A stretch of DNA of 64,000 bases from an uncultured Acidimicrobiales bacterium (GCA_937922045.1 CAKZXA010000019.1:2315-66314), one strand, 5' to 3'. Numbered from the stretch's first letter, positions 17,392-26,962 are shown. Notes: generated by a model from the sequence alone, not told the origin. A program made the numbers and translations.

Positions 17392-18633
17392 CTAGGGCTG
17401 AAGCTTGATTCGGTTCGCCTCGTCAGGGCAGAAGATGGCGACGGCCGCATCTACAACGAATCGCAGCTCATCGACGGTGAGTTCCGGATTGTCGATGGTG
17501 TCTACCACTGCATCGCGGGTCGATGCGTATTCTTGCTGTGTGGTTGCCACCGCTGCGTAGGCACAGCTGATGTTCGCGAATTGGACGAGGTCGTCGTTAG
17601 CCAGCTGATCGGTCGTGACCTCGCGGGCGGTGAGCAGGTTGCGGTACTGGGCGACCAACGGAACCGTGTCCTGGTTTGCCGAGACATCGAATGGGGGCAG
17701 GGCGAGTATGTCGACGTTCGCGGCGTCGGGGGTTAGCGCAGATGGCTCATCGTCGCTCTCGGTTGTCTCTATCGTCGAACCTGTAGAACGAGCGGCGGTC
17801 GTCGGGCTTCCTGCGCCGACCGTCACGCTCGGGTCGCCTCCGGGCTGATCGCTGGCGATTGTCGAGTCACTGGTTTGCGAGCCCGATCGAACGTCGGCCT
17901 GCCCGGCGTTTTCCTGGCCACCGCTCAACGCTCGAACGCCGAACAGAACAGCCAAAAGAATGGCGGCAACGGCAGCCAGAATTCCGAGTGTCTTTGGTTG
18001 CAGAATACGCTCGGCCAGGGTGGGCTCTGGTTCCCAGATCGGTTCGGGTCGTCGAAGCGCTGCAGGACGAGAACGGACCTCGGCAAGAGGTGGGGGAGCG
18101 GCCGCACGGCTCCCGTCTCCCAGCCGCTCTCTCAGGTCGACGGTGGCTGGGCTCTTCTGAACCAGGGTTGGTTCGTTGACGAACGGTTCGACAACGATGT
18201 CGTCAGCGGAGTCGTCAACGGACTCCTCAGCAGGGATATCGACAGGGGCATCGACCGTCGGCTCACTGAGGAGCGATGGTGCGCACGTCGCCAGTGCCAT
18301 CTCTCTGGTTGGAGACGCATGCTCCTGGTTTTCCTTGTCCGCTTGTTCAAGGGCGTGAAGGTCGAGAATGTCGGCCAGGGACCGGTGGATTGGCGCTGGC
18401 CAACCTGCCGATCTGATCGCGGCCTGCGTTGCTTCGAGGTCGTCCTCTTCTTCGGAGACTTCCAGGCTTTTGGCGCCTTGTAGGCCCTTGGAGCCGTTCA
18501 GGTTCTGGACTTGGGCAATCGCCTCAGGCCCTGTCCCTGGCGCCCACCATTGGTCGTCGGAGGCCTTGTACCAGCCGGTTGGTGGTGGCCACCGATAGCT
18601 TTCGCCGTTCCAGGCAACATAGGTCGTGCTCAT
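17392..18633 (-). CDS. hypothetical single-pass membrane protein
   Basis: Has an N-terminal Trp-rich segment (GWYKASDDQWWAPGTG), an acidic/Pro-rich linker, a TM helix (LGILAAVAAILLAVLFGV), an S/T-rich region and a C-terminal two-Cys domain. No family was assigned with confidence. Confidence 0.5.
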   Translation of the reverse strand: MSTTYVAWNGESYRWPPPTGWYKASDDQWWAPGTGPEAIAQVQNLNGSKGLQGAKSLEVSEEEDDLEATQAAIRSAGWPAPIHRSLADILDLHALEQADKENQEHASPTREMALATCAPSLLSEPTVDAPVDIPAEESVDDSADDIVVEPFVNEPTLVQKSPATVDLRERLGDGSRAAAPPPLAEVRSRPAALRRPEPIWEPEPTLAERILQPKTLGILAAVAAILLAVLFGVRALSGGQENAGQADVRSGSQTSDSTIASDQPGGDPSVTVGAGSPTTAARSTGSTIETTESDDEPSALTPDAANVDILALPPFDVSANQDTVPLVAQYRNLLTAREVTTDQLANDDLVQFANISCAYAAVATTQQEYASTRDAVVDTIDNPELTVDELRFVVDAAVAIFCPDEANRIKLQP

Positions 18634-18785
18634 GGATTCAAGCGTCTCACGGAGGGGGCACTATCGGTAAGTGTCGTTCGGGAGCTTTAGGCCAGCAATG
18701 CTATCTAGGGGCGTAGGTTCGGAGCCCTACGGGGAAAAGCTGTCGTGGATGGGGTGAGAAGCGCTAGGGTTAGGCCAAGTGATAC

Positions 18786-18859
18786 GCGCGGATGCCCGAG
18801 CGGCCTAAGGGAGTGGCCTGCAAAGCCATGATTCGCGGGTTCAAATCCCGCTCCGCGCT
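18786..18859 (+). tRNA. tRNA-Cys (anticodon GCA)
   Basis: Acceptor GCGCGGA/TCCGCGC is a perfect pair. Anticodon arm GTGGC-CTGCAAA-GCCAT, T-arm GCGGG-TTCAAAT-CCCGC. CCA is not encoded. Confidence 0.85.
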
Positions 18860-18904
18860 CTGTTCAAAATGGGTTAGTTTCGGCTAGCCTGTCAAGACAA
18901 TTCA

Positions 18905-18978
18905 GGGCCATTAGCTCAGTTGGCTAGAGCGCCTCCATGACATGGAGGAAGTCGGGGGTTCAAGTCCCTCATGGCCCA
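18905..18978 (+). tRNA. tRNA-Val (anticodon GAC)
   Basis: Acceptor GGGCCAT/ATGGCCC, anticodon arm CCTCC-ATGACAT-GGAGG, T-arm GGGGG-TTCAAGT-CCCTC. Confidence 0.9.
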
Positions 18979-19002
18979 CGCTGTGATGTCGCGAGACATC
19001 GG

Positions 19003-19042
19003 AAACCCTTGAACCCTCGGGTTCAGGGGTTTTGTTTGTTTT
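19003..19042 (+). terminator. intrinsic terminator after the tRNA-Cys/Val pair
   Basis: A roughly 13-bp stem (AAACCCTTGAACC/GGTTCAGGGGTTT) is followed by the T-rich run TGTTTGTTTT. Confidence 0.75.
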
Positions 19043-19133
19043 GGGGTTGATGGTCGGCGTCCCGAAGCTGCTTCGTAACGCTAGTTCGCGCTCTCGAAAT
19101 ACGCCGTTCACATTCGATTCTTACTCTTGGGCT

Positions 19134-19874
19134 ATGGAAGAAGAATCTGTAACGTATCTGGTGCGAGTGTGGTTGCCGGACAGGCCTGGAGCACTAGGAG
19201 CAGTCGCTTCGAGGTTCGGTGCCCTGAACGGCGATGTCATCGGGCTTGAGATCGTGGAACGTAGCGGGGGCTTGGCAATCGATGAGCTCGTCGTCTCGCT
19301 GCCGGCTCACCTTCCGATCGAGCGCATCGTGGCGGCGATCAGCACAGAAGAGGGTGTCGAGGTGGAAGATATCTGTCCCGTCGGCGGGTTGCAGTACGAT
19401 CCTCAACTCGGCGGCCTCGAAGCCGCCGCCATCATCATCGGAGCTGATTCCCGGGACGGGATCGCCGATGCCCTGTGCGAACATGGTTGTCGAGCTGTGC
19501 GGTCATCGTGGGCCTGCGTGCTGGAGCAGGACGGAGCGGTCCTGTCGTCGTGGGGTGAGCGGCCAAATGACCTGTGGCTCAATGCCTTCGTGTCCGGGAG
19601 TCCGGCCGTAGACACTGGCGCACCCGGGCTTGAGATGGACACCGTTTGGGTGCCGATGCCCGCAGCCTCAGCGAGGCTGATTGTGGGTGGCGATGGGCCT
19701 TTGCGGGCGAGGGAGCGGCAGCGGCTGGCTGCCCTGGCCAGGGTCGCTGACACGTGGTTTCGTCGTATGAAGGAACGATCGATTCGCGAGTCGTGGGCCC
19801 TCCACCCCAGCCAGGAAATGCATGCGAGCGAACTCTCGTCTGAGCTGGCAAGCCTCGTCAGTTCCAGCCGTTGA
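19134..19874 (+). CDS. ACT domain-containing protein
   Basis: The N-terminus YLVRVWLPDRPGALGAVASRFGALNGDVIGLEI matches the ACT fold signature. The start is placed at ATG 19134. Confidence 0.5.
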   Translation: MEEESVTYLVRVWLPDRPGALGAVASRFGALNGDVIGLEIVERSGGLAIDELVVSLPAHLPIERIVAAISTEEGVEVEDICPVGGLQYDPQLGGLEAAAIIIGADSRDGIADALCEHGCRAVRSSWACVLEQDGAVLSSWGERPNDLWLNAFVSGSPAVDTGAPGLEMDTVWVPMPAASARLIVGGDGPLRARERQRLAALARVADTWFRRMKERSIRESWALHPSQEMHASELSSELASLVSSSR

Positions 19875-19883
19875 GGCCATAGG

Positions 19884-20567
19884 TCACGCCTCGGCGAGAC
19901 GAGCTTGGCGTCCAGCGCGGTGGTCATCGAGCGCTCGTTGTGCGATACGCAATACAGGACTAATCGTGGCCACGAAAACGATAGTGGCCGGCCCTACATC
20001 GCCGCCCAGGACGACACCGCCGAGAACGATACTTATCTCGATTGCGGTCCGTACCTGAAAGGGATTCAAGCCTCGACTTTTCCCGGCCCTCATCAGCAGC
20101 TCGATCGCACCGCCACTGAAGCCAGCGTGCAGAACGAGGGCAATGGCGACAGCGATAGACATCGTGCCGAGACCAACGAAGAGAAGCCTGACCGCAAACA
20201 CATCCGGTGAGCGGAGCAGCTGGAGAAAGGTATCGACGGCCACGCCGTTAGCCAAAATATAGGCAATGCCCGTCGGCGTGACTCGCTGACCAAGCGAGGC
20301 TGCGATCAGCAGCAGAATGCCGGTAAAGATCCAACCCGCTTGACCGAGCGAAACGCCGAGTTGGTCTCTCAGCCCAGTGAGCATGACATCGTAGGCTGGC
20401 ACGCCGAAATCGGCCCTCACAAAGAGCGACACACCGAGCCCGATAAGCGTCGAAGCCATCATCAGGCTGAAGGCCTGCGTCAGTCGCGTTTGGGCTGACG
20501 GACCGGAAAGTCGTTGTCCAGCGGCAGCGATGCCGTGGCGGGAGATGCCTTTGAAGGTCCGGTTCAT
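19884..20567 (-). CDS. integral membrane protein (YczE/DUF6198-like)
   Basis: Polytopic protein with the segment GLGVSLFVRADFGVPAYDVMLTGL. The start is placed at ATG 20567. Confidence 0.5.
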   Translation of the reverse strand: MNRTFKGISRHGIAAAGQRLSGPSAQTRLTQAFSLMMASTLIGLGVSLFVRADFGVPAYDVMLTGLRDQLGVSLGQAGWIFTGILLLIAASLGQRVTPTGIAYILANGVAVDTFLQLLRSPDVFAVRLLFVGLGTMSIAVAIALVLHAGFSGGAIELLMRAGKSRGLNPFQVRTAIEISIVLGGVVLGGDVGPATIVFVATISPVLRIAQRALDDHRAGRQARLAEA

Positions 20568-20721
20568 TGTGGCCGGAAGGGTATGGAGCGCGGGGCGCGT
20601 CGACGTGTCTAACGAACCGTCTGTGGCCCGGCGCCGGGCTGATCCCAGCCTGCTGCGAAGTTGTGTGCGCGTGCTCACTTCACCAGTCAACGGCACATTC
20701 AATTGAAAGACGAGCGACTTC

Positions 20722-20750
20722 GTGGTCGCAGTTGTCACATCTGCGACCGC
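20722..20750. promoter_or_regulatory. hairpin/inverted repeat (GGTCGCAG-N9-CTGCGACC) whose loop carries TTGTCACAT
   Basis: Read directly. Lies 45-70 nt upstream of the rmlC-like start in a divergent intergenic region. Confidence 0.4.
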
Positions 20751-20794
20751 TATCCTTGCCGTTCGGGAACCACCCGAGGTGGAGGAGTTTGGTC

Positions 20795-21352
20795 GTGATC
20801 ATCAAGTCGGCGAACCTGGACGGCGTCAAGATCATAGATATCGAACCGCATGCCGACGAACGTGGCTACTTTGCTCGCACCTGGTGTATTGACGAGTTCG
20901 CCGAGGCTGGCTTGCAACCGACGTTCCTCCAAGCCAGCATTTCCCACAACACGGCGGCTGGCACCTTACGCGGCATGCACGTCCAGCTCGAACCGCACAG
21001 TGAATCGAAGCTCATACGCTGCCTGGCCGGCAGCGCCTACGATGTGCTTCTCGATCTGCGGCCAACGTCGTCGAGCTTTCTCGCCTGGCAAGCCTTCGAA
21101 CTGACCGCCGAGAACCAGCGGGGCCTGTTTGTACCGCCTGGCATCGCGCACGGTTTTCAGACGCTCAGCGATGCCACCATGCTCAGCTACCAGATCGACC
21201 AACGGTACGCGCCGGGCCACGCCGCCGGCGTGCGCTGGAACGACCCGGTCTTCGGCATCGAATGGCCAGAGACGCAGGACCGCATCATGTCTGAGAAAGA
21301 CTCGACCTGGCCTGACTTTGATCCCGATCGAGGTCTAACCGCGGCTCGGTAG
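20795..21352 (+). CDS. dTDP-4-dehydrorhamnose 3,5-epimerase family protein
   Basis: ADERGYFARTW and GIAHGFQTLSD cupin motifs of RmlC. GTG 20795 is preceded by GGAGGAG. Confidence 0.8.
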   Translation: MIIKSANLDGVKIIDIEPHADERGYFARTWCIDEFAEAGLQPTFLQASISHNTAAGTLRGMHVQLEPHSESKLIRCLAGSAYDVLLDLRPTSSSFLAWQAFELTAENQRGLFVPPGIAHGFQTLSDATMLSYQIDQRYAPGHAAGVRWNDPVFGIEWPETQDRIMSEKDSTWPDFDPDRGLTAAR

Positions 21353-21360
21353 TACCGCTC

Positions 21361-22722
21361 TCAAACAGCTTTGAGCAGACCAGCGTCGACGAGAGCTGTA
21401 GCCGCTACCTGCAGAGAATCGATGTCAACCTCTGAGTGACGAGCGATGTCGACGAGTGAATACTCCCCGTCGGAATACGACAGCAGCCACAACAAGGCCA
21501 TCTCCACCGACTGAGCGTTGACCGCCCCGCCCACTGCCCCATAGAGGCCACGACGGCCCAGCTGTGGCTCACCACGGGCTACCTGGTTCTCGTAACGGGG
21601 TTCGTGTTCGAGCGCGTCGACGGCTCTCATGACGAGACCTACCGTGTCGGCCAGCGTGTCATCACAGATGAAATCGAGATCGTCGAGCGAGGTGTGGTAC
21701 TCGGGGTAGGTGCCGTGGATGCTTCGGCTCAAACGGCCGACAGCCATATCGAACCCCGGCGAGCAGAACTGACGCTCGTCGTAGCCGTAGGGGTAGTAAT
21801 CGATGATCTCGCCGCCATCCTCGGCCACGAGGCGTTCCATCAGGAGATCGATCCTCGTCGTGCTTCGCCGGGAACGCTTGAAGGTAGGCGGTGATGGATC
21901 GCCAGCTCCGGCCAGAACCAGTCCAGCCTTTATCTTGCCAAGATTCTCCTGGTTGCGAGCGAGCCAGGTGATCGAGCCAATGGTGCCGGGAATGAAAAGG
22001 ATGCGAATCGTGTGATGCCGTTCGGCCGCTCCGGGAGCAGTGTGCAGGAGGCGAGCGATTTCGGTGAGGGCGGCAATGCCAGACAGGTTGTCGTTCGCCA
22101 TCGATGGGTGGCAGATATGCGTGGTGAAGAGCAGCTCGTCGGCCGACACCCCAGGGAGCACTACCTCGCCGTAGGTCAGATGGCCGGGCTCAAGGCGGCT
22201 ATCGATCTTTACCTGGTAGTCGCCGGGCTCGAGCTGTTCGAGCTGCTCGTGGGTTAGGCAGAAGCCCCAGGTCTCGCGGTAGTAGCTTGTGCGATACGGG
22301 ATGGCGGTCGGCTGGTCGGGCAGCGAATAGAGGTGAGGTCGCAGCTCCTCGAGGTCCATTGTGCGATCCACCGGCATGCTGTAGGACACCACGTGGAGAT
22401 TTGAGTCGTTGCTATCGAGGACAGGCCCGTTTGGCCCATCGAGCGTTGCCCGAACCAGATTCCATTCGTTTGGCACCGTCCAGTCGAGCACGGGCGTACC
22501 GGTGGGCACCTCAAAGCGTTGCAGCTCCACGTCGCCCAGCTGTTCCGCAATCAGTTCAAGGGTATGACGAACACCGTTGCCAGTAATGGAGCGACAAAGC
22601 GGAAAGGCCTGCTCCATAAAGTGGCGCATGCGTTTCGTATCGGCCTTCTCTTGCGTTACAGATGGTCCCACTTCTCGGAATGCCTCGCTTGAGCTCTTGC
22701 TGCCTCGGTGAAACGCCGACAT
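21361..22722 (-). CDS. DUF4910 / aminopeptidase-like domain protein (often found in polysaccharide gene clusters)
   Basis: The N-terminus LCRSITGNGVRHTLELI and an M28-like core (FIPGTIGS) resemble the DUF2172/DUF4910 family. Confidence 0.6.
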   Translation of the reverse strand: MSAFHRGSKSSSEAFREVGPSVTQEKADTKRMRHFMEQAFPLCRSITGNGVRHTLELIAEQLGDVELQRFEVPTGTPVLDWTVPNEWNLVRATLDGPNGPVLDSNDSNLHVVSYSMPVDRTMDLEELRPHLYSLPDQPTAIPYRTSYYRETWGFCLTHEQLEQLEPGDYQVKIDSRLEPGHLTYGEVVLPGVSADELLFTTHICHPSMANDNLSGIAALTEIARLLHTAPGAAERHHTIRILFIPGTIGSITWLARNQENLGKIKAGLVLAGAGDPSPPTFKRSRRSTTRIDLLMERLVAEDGGEIIDYYPYGYDERQFCSPGFDMAVGRLSRSIHGTYPEYHTSLDDLDFICDDTLADTVGLVMRAVDALEHEPRYENQVARGEPQLGRRGLYGAVGGAVNAQSVEMALLWLLSYSDGEYSLVDIARHSEVDIDSLQVAATALVDAGLLKAV

Positions 22723-22806
22723 GTTCCAGTTTGAAGCACATCACAATAGAATGGCGCCCACTATAGTCACGGGTCGATCGGTACTGGGATCGGCGGGTAG
22801 TAGTCC

Positions 22807-23445
22807 CTAGCCGCCTCGTGTTGGATCGTCGAGCTGGTGGCCGAACATCACCTGACAGCCTTCGATCAGAAGGTCGAGGCTCAACTCGAACTCGGCGTCT
22901 CTGTCGGGCATGTCTCCCATGACAGTGGTGGCAGAAAGCGGGAACTCATCGCTCGGCAGCGACTTGCGCAGTACATTAAAGCGATTGTTGACATCGGCGA
23001 GAGGGCTCGTGCTGATCTCAGCCAGAACCTGACCGATGATGTTGGCGACCACGATGTTCAAGAGGCGTCGCGCCGACTCCGGTTCGAAGCCGAACTGGGT
23101 GAACTGGCCCAACATCGCCTCAACCACAAGCATCGAGCCCTCGGTCGAGATCGGCCTCGTGGCCAAGGTCGGTACCACATTGTGGTTACGCAGTAAGGCG
23201 TTGCGGAAGGCGTGAGCGTAGGCCTTCAGCCGCTTGTCCCATTCGGGCAGGTGGTCTTCGACAACGACCTGCCTATACACGAGCTCACAAATGCCGTCGA
23301 GAATCTCGTCCTTGTTCTGAACGTGCTTGTAGAGCGACGGAGCCTCCACCTTCAAGTCGGCCGCTATGGCGCGCATCGTAAGCCCGTCGGCACCGTGCTG
23401 GCTGATGATGCGCAATGCGGCATCGAGCACACGCTGCCGATCCAA
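22807..23445 (-). CDS. TetR family transcriptional regulator
   Basis: N-terminal HTH: LDAALRIISQHGADGLTMRAIAADLKVEAPSLYKHV. Confidence 0.85.
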   Translation of the reverse strand: MDRQRVLDAALRIISQHGADGLTMRAIAADLKVEAPSLYKHVQNKDEILDGICELVYRQVVVEDHLPEWDKRLKAYAHAFRNALLRNHNVVPTLATRPISTEGSMLVVEAMLGQFTQFGFEPESARRLLNIVVANIIGQVLAEISTSPLADVNNRFNVLRKSLPSDEFPLSATTVMGDMPDRDAEFELSLDLLIEGCQVMFGHQLDDPTRGG

Positions 23446-23539
23446 AGGAATGGCGGGGCGGTTGGAGGCGATAGTTCACGCTAACCGTTTCTGGCGCCGC
23501 GTGCACTGCCAATGGCCGCCAAATGTCTGTTTGGCTGGC

Positions 23540-24472
23540 CTAGCCCTGATGTCGCTGTCGGTACCACTCGAGCGTCGCCGCCAGGCCCTCACTCAGGCTG
23601 GTGGCGGGGTGCCAGCCGAGGAGCTGTTCGGTGAGAGCGGTGTCGGCTCGCCGAATCACTTCATCGGCACGATCCTGCAGCGTGCCATAGTTCGCTGGTG
23701 ATGCGTTGTCGGCCAGTGCGACGAGCTCGTCGACCACACCCTTCACGGTGGTCAGCTCACCGGTGCCGAGGGGAACCGGTTGGTTTGGCGCACGCTCCAC
23801 GGTGCAACACCGAACGATACCTTCGGCAACGTCTTTCACATAAACCCAGTCGACCGGCCGCCCACCCGAACCGATCTCAGGGGCCTGGCCCGCGAGCAGT
23901 GTGTTGACAACATAAGGAACAAGCTTGAGTTCGTCGACTTGGGCCGGACCGTACACCATGAAAATCTGGAGATTGACGACCTCGACATCGGTTGCGTGGT
24001 CGTAGTAGTCGCCGTAGATGTGAGACACAGCCTTGGACGCCGCGTAGGGGGAGCTTGCTACCTCGCCCGGCCCGCTCGGTTCTTCAAGCGAACCGGCGAG
24101 CAGTACCCTGCCGACACCGAAGCGCTTTGCAGCCTCCAGCAAGTAGACGGTGCTCGCAGCGTTGGCCAAAAACATCGGCATGATCAGGTCAGGATCGCGT
24201 GCGCCCTTCACCAAGCTGGCGAGGTGAACGATCTGTGTCGGCTCGATGTCACCAATGGCTTCAAGGGTTGACCCCTGATCGGTCAAGTCGACCTGGTGCC
24301 ATGTGACAGGGGTCCCTAGGGTCGTGGACGGAGAGGATGACCGTGTTAGGCCGTGGACATCGGCCCCGGCCAGATGCAATGCTTCGGCGGCATGGCCGCC
24401 AATGAAGCCAGTAGCGCCGGTGAGGACGAGTCGTTGACCCGTCAGCGATGTTCCAGACTCTGCTGCACGCAT
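23540..24472 (-). CDS. NAD-dependent epimerase/dehydratase (extended SDR)
   Basis: LTGATGFIGGH Rossmann motif and YAASK catalytic motif. The start is placed at ATG 24472. Confidence 0.85.
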   Translation of the reverse strand: MRAAESGTSLTGQRLVLTGATGFIGGHAAEALHLAGADVHGLTRSSSPSTTLGTPVTWHQVDLTDQGSTLEAIGDIEPTQIVHLASLVKGARDPDLIMPMFLANAASTVYLLEAAKRFGVGRVLLAGSLEEPSGPGEVASSPYAASKAVSHIYGDYYDHATDVEVVNLQIFMVYGPAQVDELKLVPYVVNTLLAGQAPEIGSGGRPVDWVYVKDVAEGIVRCCTVERAPNQPVPLGTGELTTVKGVVDELVALADNASPANYGTLQDRADEVIRRADTALTEQLLGWHPATSLSEGLAATLEWYRQRHQG

Positions 24473-24528
24473 CACGTGAACTATAGCGATCACCTGCCAA
24501 CGCTCAGCTGGGGTGGTGAACCGCCTTA

Positions 24529-24554
24529 TCTCCTGGGTGTGTCTCCTGGGTGTG
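24529..24554. repeat. perfect 2 x 13-bp tandem repeat (TCTCCTGGGTGTG) running into the palindrome GTGTGCACAC (24550-24559)
   Basis: Read directly in the divergent intergenic region. Confidence 0.95.
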
Positions 24555-24664
24555 CACACCCCCGGTTCCGGCCGCGAATGGCACCGGATCTGGGCCTAGA
24601 CTCCGAGGTATCGGGCCCGGAGGCCTTCAGACCCAGAGCCAAACCCGAGTCGCTGAGGAACCTG

Positions 24665-25243
24665 ATGCCAGACGATCCAACCACGCCAGAAACTCTCGCC
24701 TCAACTCGTCGAATCCGGGCTGCCGCCCAACTGCTCACCGGTCCTGTGAACGATGTGGTGAGAGTCTTCGACCGTCTCGACGAAGCCGAACTATCCCATG
24801 TCGCTGATGTGGTGCGTCAACACCAGATACAGCGGGCATCGGCCAAGGGGGATCATGACGCCATCATCAAGAATGCATTCGAGCTCGGTTTTGGCGCCAA
24901 CGGACTCCCGCTGCTTCCCTGGGTCGAGGGAGCCGTGATCGTCTGTCCGGGTGGGATGGTGGCTAAATCAAAATCGAGCCATCGATGCCGGTTCGTCTCC
25001 GTCGACGACGTGTGGATTTGGGATTCGGCTGAACTGCTCCGTGAAGACAAGCGCTCGAACCCTGGATCAGGTGTTGGCTTTAAGGCTGTTGGATTGTTGC
25101 CGCTCGTCTCCGGACTCGCGCTCGATGTTGTATCCGGACGATCCCGGTCAGGTCAGCACGCTGTTGAGCACGTGATCTCCTACGAGGTTCGTCGCGGTGA
25201 ACTCGTCGAGGTGTCCCAACGCAAGGTTCTGAACAGGCATTAG
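24665..25243 (+). CDS. hypothetical protein (192 aa)
   Basis: ATG 24665 is preceded by GAGGAA at a 5-nt spacing. No motif was recognised. ATG 24578 is an alternative start. Confidence 0.4.
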   Translation: MPDDPTTPETLASTRRIRAAAQLLTGPVNDVVRVFDRLDEAELSHVADVVRQHQIQRASAKGDHDAIIKNAFELGFGANGLPLLPWVEGAVIVCPGGMVAKSKSSHRCRFVSVDDVWIWDSAELLREDKRSNPGSGVGFKAVGLLPLVSGLALDVVSGRSRSGQHAVEHVISYEVRRGELVEVSQRKVLNRH

Positions 25244-25289
25244 CCGTCGCCGGTCGCCCGAGCCGCCTCTCGAAAACTACGATCGATCT

Positions 25290-26951
25290 ATGCCAACATC
25301 GAAGAGCCTCGCGGCCGATCTCGTTCTCGACAACGCCATCATCATTCCGGTAGGGGGACCGGCCCGCCGCCTCGGCAGCCTGGCCATCCAGCGAGACCGC
25401 ATCGTGTCGGTCGGCGAGGTTGGCGAGCTTCGACACCTGATCGGTGGATCGACCGAGGTGGTCGACCTCGGCGGCAAAACCGTGGTGCCAGGGTTCAACG
25501 ATGCCCACAATCACATGCAGGCTTTCGGTGCCTCGCTCAACGAGGTTCGGTTGCAACCGGGTACGGTGAATTCTGTCGAGGAGATCGTCGAAGCCGTGGC
25601 GGCTCGTGCCACGGTGGCAGCCGAAGGCTCCTGGGTCATCGGTACCGGCTATGACGACAACAAGCTAGCTGAAGGTCGCCATCCAACCCGCCAAGAACTC
25701 GATCGCGTCAGCCCGACGAACCCTGTGCTGCTCAATCACACCTCTGGCCACTTCTGCGTGGTCAACACCGCAGCAATGCGTCTCGCTCGGATCGGTGAGG
25801 TTGAGGTTCCAACCGGGGGAGTGGTGGCGCTCGGTGAGGACGGTACGCCAAGCGGTCTGCTTGAGGAGCAGGCCCAACAGCTGGTTCGCCACCTTCTCCA
25901 TCCTCGATCGCTCGCTACCTTGGTTGAGAATATCGGCGCCGCTTCCGATGTGTATTTGCGCGAGGGGATCACGAGCTGTCAGGAAGCTGGTGTCGGCGGT
26001 ATTCTCGGAACAGCCGAGCCGCTCGAGGTTGCCGCGTATCAAGAGGCGAGGCGATCGGGGCGACTACAGGTTCGCGTCACGATGATGCCAGCGGTGGAGA
26101 CCCTGCACATCACCGGCCATCACCCCGACGACGAAGAGCCGTTTGTTCTCGACCTTGGCCTGCATAGCGGGTTCGGTGATGAGTGGTTGAAGTTCGGGGC
26201 AGTAAAGATCTTCGCCGATGGATCGCTGATTGGCCGAACAGCTGCGATGTTCGAAGACTTCGAAGGAGAGCCGGGTAACGCCGGCTACTTCCAGATGCCC
26301 GAAGAGCAGCTTCATTCGCTCATTCTTCGTGCCCATCGTTCCGGCTGGCAGGTCGCCACCCATGCGATTGGTGATCGGGCCGTTTCGTCGGTGCTCGATG
26401 CCTACGGCGAAGCCCAGCGACGCTGGCCACGGCCTGACACCCGCCACCGCATCGAGCACTGTGGCATGTGTCGGGCTGACGACATCGACCGCATGGCGAA
26501 CCTCGGCGTGATTCCGGTGCCGCAAGGCCGGTTCATAAGCGAAATCGGCGATGGCATGGCCAAGGCGGTCGGGTCGCGGCGTGCCGACTGCTACCGGCAG
26601 GCGAGCCTTGCTTCCGCCGGCATTCCGGTGGCGGGCAGTTCCGATCGGCCCGTCGTCGCGGGAGCGCCCCTACTCGGCATCCACGATCTGGTGAACCAGC
26701 GGACCGCGAGTGGAGCCGAGTTCAATCCGCAGGAAGCCGTATCGGCCGAAGAGGCGCTACGTTTCTACACGGCCAACTCGGCCTATGCCGCCTTCGATGA
26801 GGACAACAAGGGCTCGTTGGAGGTTGGGAAGCTGGCCGACCTCGTAGTGCTAGATGCCGACCCGACCACTGCTGGGTTAGAGTCGATTGGAGAGATAGGC
26901 GTCCTGGCGACGATGGTGGGCGGCCAGTTTCGCTTCGAAGCCGCAATCTAG
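25290..26951 (+). CDS. amidohydrolase family protein (Amidohydro_3-like metal-dependent hydrolase)
   Basis: N-terminal PGFNDAHNHM metal-binding motif, then ATHAIGD and EHCG motifs. The length is about 550 aa. Confidence 0.8.
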   Translation: MPTSKSLAADLVLDNAIIIPVGGPARRLGSLAIQRDRIVSVGEVGELRHLIGGSTEVVDLGGKTVVPGFNDAHNHMQAFGASLNEVRLQPGTVNSVEEIVEAVAARATVAAEGSWVIGTGYDDNKLAEGRHPTRQELDRVSPTNPVLLNHTSGHFCVVNTAAMRLARIGEVEVPTGGVVALGEDGTPSGLLEEQAQQLVRHLLHPRSLATLVENIGAASDVYLREGITSCQEAGVGGILGTAEPLEVAAYQEARRSGRLQVRVTMMPAVETLHITGHHPDDEEPFVLDLGLHSGFGDEWLKFGAVKIFADGSLIGRTAAMFEDFEGEPGNAGYFQMPEEQLHSLILRAHRSGWQVATHAIGDRAVSSVLDAYGEAQRRWPRPDTRHRIEHCGMCRADDIDRMANLGVIPVPQGRFISEIGDGMAKAVGSRRADCYRQASLASAGIPVAGSSDRPVVAGAPLLGIHDLVNQRTASGAEFNPQEAVSAEEALRFYTANSAYAAFDEDNKGSLEVGKLADLVVLDADPTTAGLESIGEIGVLATMVGGQFRFEAAI

Positions 26952-26962
26952 GGAGTAGAGCC

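Noticed and set aside
11669-19133. Integrated element at the tRNA-Gly or tRNA-Cys/Val loci
   Set aside because: There is no integrase, excisionase or phage-like gene. I could not find a direct repeat of a tRNA 3' end downstream. The genes following the tRNAs are ordinary metabolic or envelope genes.
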